A stretch of DNA of 63,178 nt, the filler included, from Pirum gemmata (lineage: Eukaryota), in NCBI GenBank assembly GCA_002812295.1. It is 21 parts of 21 records of this genome, joined end to end, with 100 filler letters (N's around TTAATTAATTAA, not from the genome) between each part and the next. Parts side by side here need not be neighbours in the genome. Positions count along the whole stretch, not along the records: positions 60,283 to 63,178 come from PDIN01004261.1; 20 more parts are not named here. One strand, 5' to 3'. How positions within the stretch are numbered: position 1 is the stretch's first letter; the number at the start of each line of letters is the position of its first letter. The notes beneath the pieces were generated by a model. It did not search any database. It was given only the letters and a program-made list of their open reading frames with translations, and had not been told where the DNA came from. Positions 60,393 through 63,178 of this stretch are shown piece by piece. Position numbers and translations under genes: made by a program.

Positions 60393-62983
60393 TTATTGAT
60401 GTTGATGATGATGATGTTGTTGTTTGTTTGTTTTAGTTTTTAAATTTTTTAAGTTTTTTCTAGCAAATATTTTTTTTTTACAATTACCAGATTTTTCTTC
60501 AGAGGATATTTCGTTTGTTTTTAACTCTTTAGCTTCGTTAACCTCATCCTCAACGCCACTATTTACAGTTTCAACAGCTTCAACTTCTTCTTTTTTCACT
60601 TTTCGTTCCAAATAAGATTTCAATTTAGGAATACTGCTCAATTGATTATTCCTCCTCAAAGTTTCCCACTTCACTTGCAAAGCTTTAGCAGTTCTAGATT
60701 TACTAATTTCAGGATAACCCTCCCTAATTAATGGCCAGGCAGCCCTATGATGACCGAATTTTCCAACACCATCTACTAAATAAACACATTCCTCGTGGGT
60801 CCATTTAGACGGCAACATACTTCCACTGGCACTACGCAGTTTATTAACATTGCCTACGGGTATATCATTTGGGACTATGGTCCCATTGGCCTTGCATACA
60901 CCTTCCCATTTCAACCGAAGCGCTCGGGCGGTTCTATTGGGAAAGTCATACGCAGAAAGGATAGAAGCAAAACATGCCTCATTGAGCGAACCAAATTGTT
61001 TGACTCCTTTTTCAAGCAAAGCTATCTCTTCCTCTGTCCATTTCGGTGAGTTTCTATGCGGTAGCTCTAGCCTAGTTAATCTTAAATCAATATTATCATT
61101 ATTTTTTCTTTCTGCGTCTCTATTAAAAACATAGCCAGGTGCATTTCGAATTTCTCGTTCTTTTATCATGTCAGCAAAAGTGGGCCGTTTATTGCTTACT
61201 CCGGTAGAAGATGAAATTGGCTTGGGAGAATGAATGGCACTGTGACGCCTTCGAACAACACGACTTATGTCCTCTGGATCATAATTATTGGGATCATCCA
61301 TTATCGAATAATGACTACTGAAACTTGCATTATTATTGCTATAAGCAACACCACTATCACCATTTTGCATACTGGTAGTTATGGTTTTATTTTTTGAGCT
61401 AGATTCTGATGATGAATCAAATAACCCCTTTGTAATACATAGTTGGAGTATGCCAATTGAATCATCCTCATCCTCTTTTTCTTCTTCGATTCTAGCCTGT
61501 GGATGAATAGGTTGCTTTGGCTTGCTTTTTTTCTTTTCCTCAGCTCGCTTTTGTTGGTTTTGTTCGGTACTGCCATCTTTAACTAGATCAACTTTCACGC
61601 GTTTGATTTCATCCGCGCCTTCCACGGAATCGAAAGCGCTGCTTCGTTTTAAATTATTTGGCTCAGCTTTCTTAAGTGGTACTGTTGTTACCCCTGCAGG
61701 CGGGAAAGAGGATTTTTCTCCGTCATTTTCATTTTCTTTGTTGGGTGAGGACGAAGGTTTTTCGGTAGTCTCATTCTCCAGTTCTTTTTCTTTTTCCAAT
61801 AAACTGAAATATTGCATCTCCAATTGTTTTTTCAAATTTTCGATTTCAAGCCTTTTTTTCTTTTGTGTGTGTGGGTGATTGTCACCATTATTTATTAAAA
61901 TGGGTATTAGTATTATTACTCAATATAATATAGATATTACTATTGTTATTTTTGTCATTACCATTATTATTTTATTATTAATAATACAAATTATTGATTA
62001 TTGATTATTGATTATTATTGATTATTGATTAATTAATTATTGGTTATTATATAAATTATTAATAATAAATCATTAAATCATTAACTAATAATATTGATTG
62101 TTATTACAGGAATATAAAAATAATATGAACCACAAGAGTAATTTGAATGAAATACAACATTCCATAATTGATTTTGAATAGAAATTTAGCAATACAACAG
62201 TGACAGTTAAACTGCATAGATAAAAGTATTAATTGGAAAAAATGATAATGATAAAACAAAAGAAAATAATTCATAAATATACATAAAACAATAAATCAAC
62301 TATACCATCTTTTCTGCGGTTTCTTTCTCTTTCTCCTTTGTTTCTGATGATGCATTAATACTTACGGAATTACTACGAACAACTTTTTCGAATATATCAG
62401 AGGAACGTTTTTGCTGTTTAGATGCTGCTGCTGCAGTGGTGCTGGTATTGGTACTGGCATTAGTGCTACTGCTGGTATTGGTACTGGCACTAGTGCTACT
62501 GCTGGTGTTGGTGCTAGTGCTGGTGCTGGTGCTGGTGCTGGTGTTGGTGTTGGTGTTGGTGCTGGTGTTGATTGTTTCTGGTATTGATGAGGTAGAGGTT
62601 GTTATGGCATGTTTTTCTCTTATTGCCGCAGCAATTGCAGCTGTGGTTCCAGGCCTGGCGGTCTATGATAGAGTTAAAAAAAGGTTGAAATAATCAATAA
62701 ATAAACCAGGCGCTCGCAAAACCCATTATGTATACGTAAATTGAACAATTAATAATATAAGAATTAAAAGAAATGCGTAAATAAAACGATTATAAATATG
62801 GGGCAATAATGATAATGATAATGATAATGATAATGATAATGATAATGATAATGATAACGATAATGATAATGATAATGATAATAGAAGAAACATACAATTT
62901 TTTCGATTTTTACCGAAGTAACCATGTGAGGGAGGGGTTGACAGCGAGAAGCAAAACCCTTGGTATTCATTCCCTCTTCTTGT
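60393..62983 (-). CDS. Protein with two tandem TRF/telobox-like Myb domains, 5'-partial; exons 62983-62896, 62662-62306, 61859-60488 (or to the stop at 60393)
   Basis: KWTEEEIALLEKGVKQFG...FASILSAYDFPNRTARALRLKWE and KWTHEECVYLVDGVGKFG...WPLIREGY...SRTAKALQVKWETL follow the TRF pattern W..EE...L..GV..(F/Y)G..W..I...Y.F..RT...L..(K/R)W. Upstream exons have a TACTAAC branch site and GT-AG junctions in phase. Confidence 0.82.
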
Positions 62984-63054
62984 CTGATCAAAATAAAATG
63001 CATTATATATGAAGGGTTAGTAGAATATACAAGGAATAAACAAATTTAGATGTG

Positions 63055-63178
63055 AGGGTGGGGTTAGGTTTGGGTTTGAGTTTGGGTTTGGGTTTGGGTT
63101 TGGGTTTGGGTTTAGGTTTAGGTTTAGGTTCGGGCTTAGGCTTAGGCTTAGGCTTGGGGTTAGGGTTGGGGTTGGGGT
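63055..63178 (+). repeat. Degenerate telomere-like array (TTTGGG, TTTAGG, CTTAGG, TTAGGG) in an intron of the Myb gene
   Basis: Lies just upstream (minus strand) of the branch site and acceptor of exon 62983-62896. Confidence 0.8.

Noticed and set aside
1..63178. tRNA, rRNA, snRNA and hammerhead ribozyme candidates (GGTTCGA at ~20590, ~34898, ~49718; ATACTTACC at ~4890)
   Set aside because: No cloverleaf or consensus context around these short matches by eye. A covariance-model scan was not possible.

Overview
This is very AT-rich, microsatellite-laden nuclear DNA from a eukaryote with the standard genetic code, GT-AG introns and TTAGGG telomere-type repeats. A unicellular opisthokont such as an ichthyosporean is a plausible guess but cannot be proven from the sequence. 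The window is not a real locus. It is 21 unrelated contigs of about 2.9 kb joined by 100-nt artificial linkers (N44-TTAATTAATTAA-N44), so adjacency across linkers means nothing. Supported genes: mitochondrial EF-Tu last exon; PQ-loop exon 1; a secreted Spondin_N protein; a 7TM-RGS protein with an extra N-terminal TM and ectodomain; an aldehyde dehydrogenase 3' exon; a 4-exon secreted PI-PLC-X/WSC/FN2/PAN/ricin-B protein; a 6-exon membrane-anchored Kelch protein; a secreted, probably GPI-anchored protein; Gep4-type PGP phosphatase exon 1; an AA17-like histidine-brace LPMO fused to PAN and beta/gamma-crystallin-like modules; an ankyrin-GATA factor; and a tandem telobox-like Myb protein. Mobile DNA includes an intron-containing P-like transposase, two LINE remnants, and piggyBac-like and Harbinger-like MITEs. 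The most striking observations are the LPMO and PI-PLC domain architectures and about 20 interstitial TTAGGG arrays, some inverted, some next to or inside genes, in a genome that also encodes a double-telobox Myb protein. All family calls are by motif recognition; no database search was run.
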